Below are positions 63,651 through 64,000 of a stretch of DNA of 64,000 nucleotides, piece after piece. The stretch is from Octopus bimaculoides. Lineage: Eukaryota. Within the stretch, counting starts at the first letter, position 1. Each line of letters starts with the position of its first letter. A model generated the notes under the pieces. The model ran no database searches, was not told the origin of the DNA, and worked only from the letters and a program-made list of their open reading frames with translations. The stretch lies in contig NC_068996.1 of assembly GCF_001194135.2 (NCBI RefSeq), positions 36,775,538 through 36,839,537 on the forward strand, written 5' to 3'. The translations under genes and the position numbers were made by a program.

Positions 63651-64000
63651 ACAGGCTTCTTTCAGTTTTGGTCGACCTAATTCACTCACAAGGCCTGAGG
63701 CTATATAAGTAGAAGACACTTGCCCGAGGTGTCACACAATAGGACTGAACCCAGAACCATGTGGTTGAGAAGCAAACTTCCAACCACAGCCACATCTGCA
63801 CACAGAAATTTTGGAGTGATGTCTTGCATGCTGGAAGACCACTGGGAGTGGAGTAACCCTCAGCCTTAGTTAAAACATGTCGCTAAGAGAAGGTCACTCT
63901 GTGGTCAGACACATCTATGAGTTGATGGCCATCACATACATATAAAACACACATGCACAGTTATATATTTATGATATATATTGCTGAAAGATGTAGACAA

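Overview
AT-rich, repeat-dense eukaryotic DNA from a gapped short-read scaffold; N-gaps sit next to (TA)n/(CA)n microsatellites. The SINE/LINE vocabulary points to a coleoid cephalopod, most likely Octopus (inference from repeat sequences I recognise, not from a search). Most of the window is intronic or intergenic. It carries tRNA-derived SINEs, RTE-LINE 3' ends, TTAA-flanked piggyBac-like MITEs, hAT and Tc1 MITEs, two non-autonomous Helitrons, decayed RTE, R4/Dong and Ngaro/DIRS relics, and a HERO-type REL retrotransposon apparently nested in the R4/Dong relic. Coding signal is sparse and on the minus strand: an ATG-bearing exon at 398-705 and phase-compatible exons of an unidentified gene at about 36.3-37.0 kb and 47.1-48.7 kb. 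The most notable signal is a set of fold-back (inverted-repeat) elements at 9.2, 17.4 and 55.9 kb whose arms carry type I hammerhead-ribozyme motifs in opposite orientations, plus decayed solo hammerhead-like motifs at about 31.9, 48.9 and 52.7 kb. No protein could be named. All calls are by eye, and repeat boundaries are approximate unless a TSD or TIR is quoted.
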